From the IMG/VR virus record IMGVR_UViG_3300027747_001395: a stretch of 48,192 nt of DNA; one strand, 5' to 3'. Source of the DNA: a virus. Lineage: Duplodnaviria; Heunggongvirae; Uroviricota; Caudoviricetes. The translations under genes and the position numbers were made by a program. Each line of letters begins with the position of its first letter. Within the stretch, counting starts at the first letter, position 1. Of the stretch, positions 31,351-39,650 are shown one piece after another. The notes under the pieces are model-generated. The model had not been told where the DNA came from. It saw only the letters and a list, made by a program, of their open reading frames with translations, and did no database searches.

Positions 31351-32699
31351 TGTTTGTTGTGGTAATTAATAGCAGTTCATCTGCATCATCAATTGTTGTA
31401 AATAAAAGCCGTAGATATGAAATAGGCGAAGTATTTGTCAATAGAGGTATTAAAGGTGATTCTGGTAATATGGATCCACAAATACCAATTTTAGTTGCTG
31501 AAGCTCAATCCGCAAGAGATATAGCCATTCTTGCGGCAAATAGCGCTAATGCTTCGGCAGTATATACTGCTAACATATCAAATCAAATCATAACTTCAGT
31601 CACAACCGTAGAAGATCTTACAGCTTTAGTTGAAGCTAATGCCGTATATGTTTATAGTCTATCACAAATTGTAGAAATTAAAACAACCGAAGCAATTATT
31701 GCTGCCAATCAAGTTGCGGCCAATGCAGCAACTGTGTTCAATTATTCTACTCAAGTTGCTGCTAATGCTAATTATGTTTATGCATTATCATCTAGTGTTG
31801 CGGCCAATGCTACATCTGCTTTCACTAGTGCTACTCAAGCCGCAGCAAATACTTCTACAGCAGCTACATATCTATCACAAGTATCTGCCAATGCCACATC
31901 AGCTGCTACATCTGCAAGTCAAGCTTCTGCTAATGCAATTTCTGCTAGTACTTCTGCAACAAATGCATCGGCTAGTGCAGTTACTGCACTAGCATCCGCA
32001 AGTCAAGCTTCTGCTAATGCAACCTCAGCCGCTACATCTGCAAGTCAAGCTTCTGCTAATGCAACTTCAGCTGCTACATCGGCAGGTCAAGCAAGTAGTA
32101 ATGCAACCTCAGCCGCTGCAAATACCATATCTGCGGCAATATCGGCAAGTCAAGCTTCTGCCAATGCAACTTCAGCTGCTACATCTGCAAGTCAAGCTTC
32201 TGCTAATGCAACTTCAGCTGCTACATCGGCGGGTCAAGCTTCTGCTAATGCAACTTCAGCTAATACTTCCGCATTTAATGCAGCAGCTAGTGCTACACTA
32301 GCAAATACATATGCAAATGCGGCAAAGAATAGTGTCACAGTAGCATTAGGATACTCAATTATTGGTGTTGGACAAGCAATTTCAAATAGTACTATTGTCG
32401 GTCAAGGTCTTACCATTCCTTATGCAGCAACTATTAGTAGTGTTACAGTTCTAGGAGATCAGACAGGTAGTATTCAATTAGATATTTGGAAAGCACCTTA
32501 TTCAGCATACCCACCTGTTGCTGCTAATAGTATTTGTGCAGCATCGCTACCTACAATTACAAATGGTATTAAATATACAGATTCAACTCTTACTGGTTGG
32601 ACTAAAACTATTAATGCAGGTGATGTTCTATTCTTTTATGTTAATACTGCAATAAATATTACAAAATGTAATATTGTTCTCAGTGCGATTAAATCTTAA
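31350..32699 (+). CDS. Fibre/stalk protein with an Ala/Ser-rich coiled-coil repeat and a C-terminal globular domain
   Basis: 14-aa ANATSAATSASQAS repeats similar to side-tail-fibre shafts. C-terminal DQTGSIQLDIWK..Y..YPP...DSTLTGW. Confidence 0.7.
   Translation: MFVVVINSSSSASSIVVNKSRRYEIGEVFVNRGIKGDSGNMDPQIPILVAEAQSARDIAILAANSANASAVYTANISNQIITSVTTVEDLTALVEANAVYVYSLSQIVEIKTTEAIIAANQVAANAATVFNYSTQVAANANYVYALSSSVAANATSAFTSATQAAANTSTAATYLSQVSANATSAATSASQASANAISASTSATNASASAVTALASASQASANATSAATSASQASANATSAATSAGQASSNATSAAANTISAAISASQASANATSAATSASQASANATSAATSAGQASANATSANTSAFNAAASATLANTYANAAKNSVTVALGYSIIGVGQAISNSTIVGQGLTIPYAATISSVTVLGDQTGSIQLDIWKAPYSAYPPVAANSICAASLPTITNGIKYTDSTLTGWTKTINAGDVLFFYVNTAINITKCNIVLSAIKS
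31870..32270 (+). repeat. Coding tandem repeat, 42-bp unit (gcaagtcaagcttctgctaatgcaacttcagctgctacatct consensus)
   Basis: About nine imperfect in-frame units, several nearly identical at DNA level. Confidence 0.85.
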
Positions 32700-33634
32700 T
32701 GAGTGCTAACGTTCAAATCTTTACTGCTAATGGCACATGGTATAAACCATCCTGGGCTACTATAATTCAAGTAGTATGCATTGGTGGAGGCGGCGGTGGT
32801 GGTGGAAGTGACACTTCTTCAGTCTTAACAAACGTTGGTGGTGGTTCTGGTGGTGGTGGAGCTAGTAGGAATGAAGTTTTCTTTTATGCGCCAACATTAG
32901 CAAATACAGAACCCGTAATTGTAGGTCTGGGAGGTGCTGGTGGTCTAGGTGGTAACTCTGGTCTTGGAATTTCAGGTGATGCTGGTGTTAATGGTGGTGT
33001 AAGTACATTCGGCAATTCTGCATATACTGTTAATGGATATGCAGGTGGTGGTGGATTAGGTGTCACGGCATTGGCTACTGCTACAGCTGGTGGTGGAGGT
33101 GGCGGCATTGCAGGTTCAGCAAACGGTTCAACTGGCGGAATTAATGGTGGTATTACTGGAGTGAGTGCTGCTGCTGGTACATTAAGTGGTGCAGCAGGTG
33201 CTGCTGGTGGTGGCGTTGCGCTTACAATTGCTGGTTTAGCTGGAGGTTCTTCTAGTTTTGGAGGGGCTGGTGGTGGTTCAGGTGGTGGTAAAGTTGCAGC
33301 AACTTATGGTGCTGGTGGTGCGGGCGGATACAATACAATTTCATTATTAGATGCAGCAACAGGTGGTGCTGCAAATACTACGGCTAATGCTGCAAATGGA
33401 TTTATTGGTGGTAATGCTAGTTTTATTATAAGTCAACTCATGATTACAGGAGTTGGCGGTGCCGGTGGTTCTGGCGGAGGTGCTGGCGCTACTGGAGGTG
33501 GTAATGGCGGCGCAGGAGGGTTTCCCGGTGGCGGTGGTGGCGGAGGCGGTGCTGCTAATAATACCACATCTACGGTCCGAGGTGGTAGCGGCGGTAAAGG
33601 TGGTGATGGTATTGTATTTGTTATTTGTAGATAA
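32699..33634 (+). CDS. Glycine-rich adhesin-like protein, type A
   Basis: VQIFT.NGTW.KPSWA..I.V.CIGGGGGG, polyglycine tracts, and C-terminal GG.GG.G.V.VI. Confidence 0.75.
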   Translation: MSANVQIFTANGTWYKPSWATIIQVVCIGGGGGGGGSDTSSVLTNVGGGSGGGGASRNEVFFYAPTLANTEPVIVGLGGAGGLGGNSGLGISGDAGVNGGVSTFGNSAYTVNGYAGGGGLGVTALATATAGGGGGGIAGSANGSTGGINGGITGVSAAAGTLSGAAGAAGGGVALTIAGLAGGSSSFGGAGGGSGGGKVAATYGAGGAGGYNTISLLDAATGGAANTTANAANGFIGGNASFIISQLMITGVGGAGGSGGGAGATGGGNGGAGGFPGGGGGGGGAANNTTSTVRGGSGGKGGDGIVFVICR

Positions 33635-33643
33635 GGAAAGATA

Positions 33644-33928
33644 ATGGCTAAAACTTTAAGATATAGTGTTCTTGATTCTAATGGTACCAAACTAAATACC
33701 ATTCTAGTAGAAGATCCATACCCACAAACTTACTATCCAGGTTATGGATCATACATAGTTTGTGATTTTGGTGAAGATGATCCTACTCAACCAGATCTTA
33801 CAAATATAACAGATCAATTTACTTACTTAATTGTAAGACCGACTGGATTTATGGATATTGGTGATTCGATGGATATTAATACTGGTGTTGTGACTAAATT
33901 AGTTATTGTAAATATAGATGAAATCTGA
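33644..33928 (+). CDS. Small acidic hypothetical protein inside the glycine-rich array (possible chaperone/partner)
   Basis: Good RBS (AAGGAAAG) and coupled to the next gene by TGATG. Confidence 0.6.
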   Translation: MAKTLRYSVLDSNGTKLNTILVEDPYPQTYYPGYGSYIVCDFGEDDPTQPDLTNITDQFTYLIVRPTGFMDIGDSMDINTGVVTKLVIVNIDEI

Positions 33929-34866
33929 TGGCTGTTGCATCTCAAATTCAAGTAGACAAATATACTGCAGGTACTGGTACATGGACTAAGCCATCATGGG
34001 CTCAATATGTTCGTCTTATTATAATAGGCGGTGGTGGCGGCGGTGCTGGTGGTGGTAAAGCAGGAAGCACATCATCAGCAACTGGTGGTTCAGGTGGTGG
34101 CGGTGCTGGTATATTTGATGTTATTATTCCAACTTATTTATTAGGTACTACGGAAACATATTCAGTAGGAGCAGGCGGCGCTGGATCATTAGGATCTGCT
34201 AATACTACTATAATTCCCGCAACAGTAGGTAGTAATTCTACTTTTACTTTTAATAGCGGTGCTAACACTTTAATTGCTTATGGTGGTGGTCCCGGTTCAT
34301 CCTCTGGCGGCGGAGGTGGAGCAGGAATGTCAGGACCTGGTGGGTTGCAAACAGCAGGTTTAAATGGTGGTTCTGCTGGTGGAATCGGCGGTGTCGGTTC
34401 AAATAATACTTTGGTTTCTAATGGTGGATCTGGCGGCGGCGGAGGAATAAACAGTGGTAGTTCAATAGGTGGATATTCTTTATATGGTACCGCTGGTGGT
34501 GGGAGCGGCGGTGGTAAAGGATCATTAACTTATTATAACGGTGCCGCTGGCGGCGTATCTAGAGATATTATTGGTGGCGCAGGTGGTTTAACAGCCGGTG
34601 CGGTCGATGGATCTGCGGGCATTAATGGCATTGCAATAAGACCAGGTTCTGGTGGAGGCGGCGGTGCTGCAGGAAATACGGTCCCAGGGATTGGTGGCGC
34701 AGGTGGTATACCCGGCGGCGGTGGTGGCGGTGGAGGTTCTACTACATATGCATCTGTTGGCGGCGCTGGCGGCGCTGGCGGTCGTGGTGAAATTTGGGTT
34801 ATCTCATATGAAAACCCTCCTGCAACTGTAAGATATATTTTAGGGTATGGATGGATTAACGGATGA
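33928..34866 (+). CDS. Glycine-rich adhesin-like protein, type B
   Basis: SQIQVDKYTAGTGTWTKPSWAQYVR start, polyglycine tracts, GGRGEIWVISYE plus a short tail. Confidence 0.75.
   Translation: MAVASQIQVDKYTAGTGTWTKPSWAQYVRLIIIGGGGGGAGGGKAGSTSSATGGSGGGGAGIFDVIIPTYLLGTTETYSVGAGGAGSLGSANTTIIPATVGSNSTFTFNSGANTLIAYGGGPGSSSGGGGGAGMSGPGGLQTAGLNGGSAGGIGGVGSNNTLVSNGGSGGGGGINSGSSIGGYSLYGTAGGGSGGGKGSLTYYNGAAGGVSRDIIGGAGGLTAGAVDGSAGINGIAIRPGSGGGGGAAGNTVPGIGGAGGIPGGGGGGGGSTTYASVGGAGGAGGRGEIWVISYENPPATVRYILGYGWING
33938..34014 (+). repeat. 77-bp exact direct repeat, copy 1 (copy 2 at 35792..35868)
   Basis: catctcaaattcaagtagac...gctcaatatgttcgt is identical in both copies by inspection. Confidence 0.9.
34786..34812 (+). 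repeat. 27-bp exact direct repeat, copy 1 (copy 2 at 36664..36690)
   Basis: ggtgaaatttgggttatctcatatgaa occurs in both B-type genes. Confidence 0.9.
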
Positions 34867-35780
34867 GTTACGATGTACAGACATTTACTTCCGGTTCAGG
34901 TTCCTGGACTAAGCCATCATGGGCTACTTTAGTTAGAGTAATTTGTATTGGCGGTGGTGGCGGATCAGGTAGTGGCGCTGTTGGTTCAACTGGTGTAGCC
35001 ATTTCAGGCGGCGCTTCTGGCGGTGGCGGTGGTAGAGTAGAACGAATTTTTCTTGCTAGCTCACTTTCAAATACAGAGTCATATTCAGTAGCTGCTGGCG
35101 GTTCTGGTGGTGCTGCTGTTGTTTCAGGTAATGGTAATATAGGTACATCAGGTGGTTTCAGTACTTTTGGGACTGCACCATATATTGTTACAGCATATGG
35201 CGGAGGTGGAGGATCTGGTGGTAAAGCTGGCTTTTCATCTGCTGGAGGTGGTGGTGCTGGGTTTGGTGGCACGGGTGGTACAGCTACAGTTGTTTCTGGT
35301 GCAAATGATACAGGCGGCGCGGCTGGACTTAATGGTGGTACTGCCGGTTCAACCGCAGGTGTTGTAGTAACAATTAGTCTTGGAGGTGCTCCTGGCATTG
35401 GTACTGCAACCGGTGGTTCACAGACTGGATATTCAGCACTTTATGGTGGTTCATCTGGATCTAGTGGTGCAGGCAAAACAATTGCAGATGCTTATGCAGC
35501 AGGTGCTGCATCTGGGGGTAATAGATCACCTGCATATTTAGATGGAAGTACTGCATCCTCAACAGCTTCGGCTAATGGATTTCCAGGAAGTAGTAACTAT
35601 TTTGGTTTCTGTGGTGCTGGAGGTGGAGGTGGCGCTTCTAATAACGTAATTGGTGGTACTGGCGGTGCCGGTGGTTTTCCTGGCGGAAGCGGCGGCGGTG
35701 GCGGATCTACTATTACAGGTGGCACTTCGGGTGCAGGCGGAAAAGGAGGCGATGGTATGGTCATCGTAATAAGTCAGTAA
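34863..35780 (+). CDS. Glycine-rich adhesin-like protein, type A'
   Basis: VQTFTSG.GSWTKPSWAT.V.VICIGGGGG start and GGKGGDG.VIVIS end, as in type A. Confidence 0.75.
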   Translation: MSYDVQTFTSGSGSWTKPSWATLVRVICIGGGGGSGSGAVGSTGVAISGGASGGGGGRVERIFLASSLSNTESYSVAAGGSGGAAVVSGNGNIGTSGGFSTFGTAPYIVTAYGGGGGSGGKAGFSSAGGGGAGFGGTGGTATVVSGANDTGGAAGLNGGTAGSTAGVVVTISLGGAPGIGTATGGSQTGYSALYGGSSGSSGAGKTIADAYAAGAASGGNRSPAYLDGSTASSTASANGFPGSSNYFGFCGAGGGGGASNNVIGGTGGAGGFPGGSGGGGGSTITGGTSGAGGKGGDGMVIVISQ

Positions 35781-35781
35781 T

Positions 35782-36744
35782 ATGCCAACATCATCTCAAA
35801 TTCAAGTAGACAAATATACTGCAGGTACTGGTACATGGACTAAGCCATCATGGGCTCAATATGTTCGTATAATTTTAATTGGTGGCGGTGGTTCAGGTGG
35901 GTCGGGTGGTAAAACTACTCCGTCGGCTGCCGGTGGTACTGGTGGTGGCGGAGGTGGTGTTTTTGATATAACACTTTCAGCTTCATCATTTGGTGCTACT
36001 GAAACTTATTCAGTAGCTGCTTCTGTTGCAGGAGGATCAGCTCCTACGGCAAATAGTACAGCTGGTAATTCGGGAACACAAGGACAAACAACCACATTTA
36101 CTATAAATGGTTTAACATACTCTGCTTTTGGTGGTGGTCCTGGAGCAGGAGGGCCCACAGGTAGTACGAATATGTATGGTGGCGGTGGTTCAGGATTAAA
36201 TGGTTCAGGTACTGCAGGTGGATCTGGTACTGGTGCTGGACCTAATAACGGAACTAACGGTGTTGTCTTAGGTGCTACCAATTCGACATCAATACAAGGT
36301 GGCGGTGGTTCTGGTGGTGCTGCTTCCAGTACGCCTGGATATACTGGTGGACATAGCGTATCTGGTGCACCAGGCGGTGGCGGTGGAGCAGGATCAATTA
36401 GTACAGGACCAACATACTATGCGGGCGGTGCTGGCGGTTATTACAGAGATATAGCAGGTGGCTCTGGAGGTGCAATTGGCACAGCAGGAACGGCTGGAAC
36501 TGCTGGAACTGGTGCTAATCCTGGTTCTGGTGGTGGTGGCGGTGGTTCTGGATCCACCGGTGGTGGTAATGGCGGCGCTGGTGGAACTCCTGGAGCCGGA
36601 GGTGGTGGTGGTGGAATGTCACTAAACGGCTTTACTCCTGGTTCTGGTGGTGCTGGAGGTCGAGGTGAAATTTGGGTTATCTCATATGAACAAGATGCGG
36701 AAGCCGCTCCAATTACCAATGTGGGTTATTCTTCCATAGTATAA
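35782..36744 (+). CDS. Glycine-rich adhesin-like protein, type B'
   Basis: Same 25-aa N-terminal block and GGRGEIWVISYE block as 33928..34866. Confidence 0.75.
   Translation: MPTSSQIQVDKYTAGTGTWTKPSWAQYVRIILIGGGGSGGSGGKTTPSAAGGTGGGGGGVFDITLSASSFGATETYSVAASVAGGSAPTANSTAGNSGTQGQTTTFTINGLTYSAFGGGPGAGGPTGSTNMYGGGGSGLNGSGTAGGSGTGAGPNNGTNGVVLGATNSTSIQGGGGSGGAASSTPGYTGGHSVSGAPGGGGGAGSISTGPTYYAGGAGGYYRDIAGGSGGAIGTAGTAGTAGTGANPGSGGGGGGSGSTGGGNGGAGGTPGAGGGGGGMSLNGFTPGSGGAGGRGEIWVISYEQDAEAAPITNVGYSSIV
35792..35868 (+). repeat. 77-bp exact direct repeat, copy 2
   Basis: Identical to 33938..34014. Confidence 0.9.
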
Positions 36745-36747
36745 ATA
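36740..36747 (+). promoter_or_regulatory. Late promoter TATAAATA upstream of gp13
   Basis: Exact consensus overlapping the upstream stop codon. Confidence 0.8.
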
Positions 36748-36769
36748 TAACTAAACCAGGAAAAGAATA

Positions 36770-37516
36770 ATGGCTGTACCACAAAGTAGAGAAGAATTTC
36801 AAGAATATTGTCTTCGTAAACTAGGCAAACCAGTAATCGAAATCAACGTTGATGATGATCAAATAGACGATCGTATTGATGAAGCACTTAAATATTACTG
36901 GGACTATCATTTTGATGGATCTGATAAAATATATTATAAACATCAGGTTACTGAAAAAGATAAGACAAATAAGTATCTTACTCTTCCTGAGAATATTATC
37001 GGTGCGGTTCGAGTATTTCCTATTGCAGACCCTGTAGTTAGAACAGACGATCTATTTAATATTAGATATCAGATTGCATTAAACGATCTTTATACACTTA
37101 CTTCTGTTTCCATGGTTCCTTACTATATGACTATGGAACATCTATCTCTTATTTCTGAACTTCTAGTAGGCCAACAACCAATTCGATATTCGCGTCATAA
37201 GAATCGTGTCTATATTGACATGGAGTGGAATCTTAAAGTTAAAGCAGGCGAGTATTTGCTTATTGAAGCTTATGAAGTAATTGATCCTGATGTTTGGACT
37301 GATGTTTGGTCAGATCGTTGGTTACAAAATTATGTAACAGCAAAGATTAAATATCAGTGGGGCTCAAATCTTACTAAGTTTACTGGAATGACTCTTCCGG
37401 GTGGTGTTCAGTTCAATGGTGAGCGAATCCTTTCAGATGCTGCAAATGAAATTGAAAAGATGGAACGTGAAATGCTTACATCTTATTCTCTTCCTGTTAC
37501 TGACATGATCGGTTAG
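36770..37516 (+). CDS. gp13: Neck protein gp13
   Basis: YCLRKLGKPVIEINVDDDQIDDRIDEAL, W...Y.TA..K.QWG.NL.KF.G..LPGGV..NG. Confidence 0.95.
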   Translation: MAVPQSREEFQEYCLRKLGKPVIEINVDDDQIDDRIDEALKYYWDYHFDGSDKIYYKHQVTEKDKTNKYLTLPENIIGAVRVFPIADPVVRTDDLFNIRYQIALNDLYTLTSVSMVPYYMTMEHLSLISELLVGQQPIRYSRHKNRVYIDMEWNLKVKAGEYLLIEAYEVIDPDVWTDVWSDRWLQNYVTAKIKYQWGSNLTKFTGMTLPGGVQFNGERILSDAANEIEKMEREMLTSYSLPVTDMIG

Positions 37517-37549
37517 CGGACCCACTTTATAAAAGAATTAGGATTATAA

Positions 37550-38215
37550 ATGCCAAGCGTCTATTTTGACAACTTTAATAACTATGGAGAACAAGATCTC
37601 ATTGAATCATTGATAAATGAGAGCTTTTCAATCTATGGTCATACAGTTTATTATCTCCCAAGAACTTTAATCAAGAAAGATGATATTTACGGCGAAGATA
37701 CTCTATCAAAATATAATAATGCATTTGAATTTGATGTCTATATTAAGTCATATGATTCATATGAAGGAGATGGAACATTTCTATCTAAGTTTAATCTAGA
37801 GATTAGAGATTCAATTACATTTACCATTGCAAGAAGAACATTTGGTAAAGAAGTAACAGTACAGCAGCCAGATATTCAGAGACCACGTGAAGGTGATTTG
37901 ATCTACTCGACAATGATGAAGCGTATCTTTGTTATCAAGTATGTAAACCAGACCGCTATTTTCTATCAGATGGGCAGTTTACAGATCTGGGACGTTGCAT
38001 GTGATGTTTGGGAATATTCAAATGAAGTCTTTAATACTGGTGTATATGAAATTGATTCTATTGAGACTAAATATTCTGTTTCAAATGTAACCTCAAATAC
38101 TGCATATGAAGCAGCTATGAGTGATGTATTTGAAACCAATGTAGAACTCCAAGCTGAAGGTACTGGACTTTTAGATTGGTCAGATATAGACCCATTTAGT
38201 TCCGGATTTATCTAA
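37550..38215 (+). CDS. gp14: Neck protein gp14
   Basis: EQDLIE.L..E...YG..VYYLPR, G.F.SKF.LEI.D..TF, RPREGDLIY, FYQ.G, DPF. Confidence 0.95.
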   Translation: MPSVYFDNFNNYGEQDLIESLINESFSIYGHTVYYLPRTLIKKDDIYGEDTLSKYNNAFEFDVYIKSYDSYEGDGTFLSKFNLEIRDSITFTIARRTFGKEVTVQQPDIQRPREGDLIYSTMMKRIFVIKYVNQTAIFYQMGSLQIWDVACDVWEYSNEVFNTGVYEIDSIETKYSVSNVTSNTAYEAAMSDVFETNVELQAEGTGLLDWSDIDPFSSGFI

Positions 38216-39246
38216 TGTTTGGTATTACATATGGACATAATACACTTCGTAAGTATGTTATTTACTTTGGGACACTTTTTAATAATATCCATCTAAATAG
38301 ATATGATATTAATGGAACTGTAGTTCAGACTAGTAAAGTCCCACTCAACTATGGACCTCGCGATAAATTTCTTGCTCGTCTAGATGGTAATCCAGATCTA
38401 AATAGACAAATTGCTATTCAATTGCCTAGAATGACATTTGAAATGACCGGTCTGTATTACGATTCAACCCGTAAGATGCCTACAATTAATAAAGTATCTG
38501 GTCAGAATCCAAATAATCCACATGGTAAAGCATCACAATACTCACCAGTTCCATATAACATCGACTTCACTCTTTCAATTATGGTCAAAAATGTAATGGA
38601 TGGGACTTTTATCGTTGAACAGATTCTTCCATACTTTGGTCCTACGTGGCAAGCTACTCTCAATTTAAATCCAGATCTAAATCTTACATATGATGTTCCA
38701 ATCACATTAGATAACGTAACTCAAGAAGACACTTATGAAGGTGCATTTACTGAACGTAGAGCTATTATTTGGACATTAAACTTTACAATGAAAGGCTGGT
38801 TATTCGGTCCTACAAGTGCTACTACTTCTGGTATTATTAAAGATATTGGACTTAATTTTGGTGTTGGTGCATTTGGTGTCGCACCTTCAGAGACTATACA
38901 TATTACACCTGGGCAGACAGCAAATGGAATAGCCGTTTCAGCGCCTCCATTACTATACACTTATGGAATTTCAGCACCAAATACAAATTTCTACATTACG
39001 GAACGACTGCAATCAACTACAAATACTAATAATTACGCTTATATCAGAACTGCTAATTCTTCTTATATTACCGCTTATGATGTTGGTGGTACTTTAACTG
39101 TCAACACACCAGTTCAAGGTTCTATTAGCAAACTTCCGGCTACTATTACCTCTATTAGTGTTATACCATTAGCAATTCCGGCAAATAATGTAATTGAAAA
39201 TAGTGATTGGGGTTTTATTATAGATTTAAATGAGAATAATACATGA
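38215..39246 (+). CDS. gp15: Tail sheath stabilizer/terminator gp15, with a C-terminal insertion
   Basis: RKY...FGTLFN.I, KVPL.YGP..KFL.R, LPRM.FE, PVPYN..F.L, EQILPYF.P, R.IIWTL.F..K.WLFGP. Confidence 0.95.
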   Translation: MFGITYGHNTLRKYVIYFGTLFNNIHLNRYDINGTVVQTSKVPLNYGPRDKFLARLDGNPDLNRQIAIQLPRMTFEMTGLYYDSTRKMPTINKVSGQNPNNPHGKASQYSPVPYNIDFTLSIMVKNVMDGTFIVEQILPYFGPTWQATLNLNPDLNLTYDVPITLDNVTQEDTYEGAFTERRAIIWTLNFTMKGWLFGPTSATTSGIIKDIGLNFGVGAFGVAPSETIHITPGQTANGIAVSAPPLLYTYGISAPNTNFYITERLQSTTNTNNYAYIRTANSSYITAYDVGGTLTVNTPVQGSISKLPATITSISVIPLAIPANNVIENSDWGFIIDLNENNT

Positions 39247-39650
39247 GTAAAAAGTTAGAAAACAGTCTTGGTTTAAGACCACTTCCCATGTTGGAAACTG
39301 AAAGAGATTATTTACCAGAAGTTGCTAAAGACAAACAGACAGATCATGATATAGATCAAGTTCGAGAAAATATCTATAAAGCTGTAGATGCTGCAGAGCA
39401 AGCAGTAAAAGATATGATTGTTATTGCTCAGAGTTCACAACACCCGAAAGCTTATGAAGCGTTAAATGCTATTATTAAAACTTACGCAGATGTAAGCATG
39501 GGTTTGGCAGATCTTCATATGAAAAAGCAACGACTAAATGGTAAACCAAATCCTGAGGAAGTTAAAAATGTCACTAATAACAACCTTTTTGTTGGAAGTA
39601 CTGCCGAACTTACAAAAATGTTGGATGATCTTCGAAATAAATCACAATGA
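39243..39650 (+). CDS. terS: Terminase small subunit gp16
   Basis: D....R.N, A..S.HP.AYE, NN.FVGST.EL.K.L. Lies immediately upstream of gp17. Confidence 0.9.
   Translation: MSKKLENSLGLRPLPMLETERDYLPEVAKDKQTDHDIDQVRENIYKAVDAAEQAVKDMIVIAQSSQHPKAYEALNAIIKTYADVSMGLADLHMKKQRLNGKPNPEEVKNVTNNNLFVGSTAELTKMLDDLRNKSQ

Noticed and set aside
31870-32270. Possible CRISPR array
   Set aside because: The repeats are contiguous, in-frame coding units with no unique spacers.
32884-36719. Pro-rich minus-strand ORFs (32884..33108, 33433..33702, 34868..35398, 36006..36281, 36441..36719)
   Set aside because: Antisense shadows of GGN-rich polyglycine codons, with no RBS or promoter support, opposite clear + strand genes.
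33928-36744. Diversity-generating retroelement or invertase shufflon
   Set aside because: No reverse transcriptase or recombinase in the window. The repeats are direct rather than inverted, and differences between paralogs are not adenine-specific.
32699-36744. Collagen-like proteins
   Set aside because: Glycines occur in runs (GGGG, GGxGG), not a sustained Gly-X-Y triplet periodicity.
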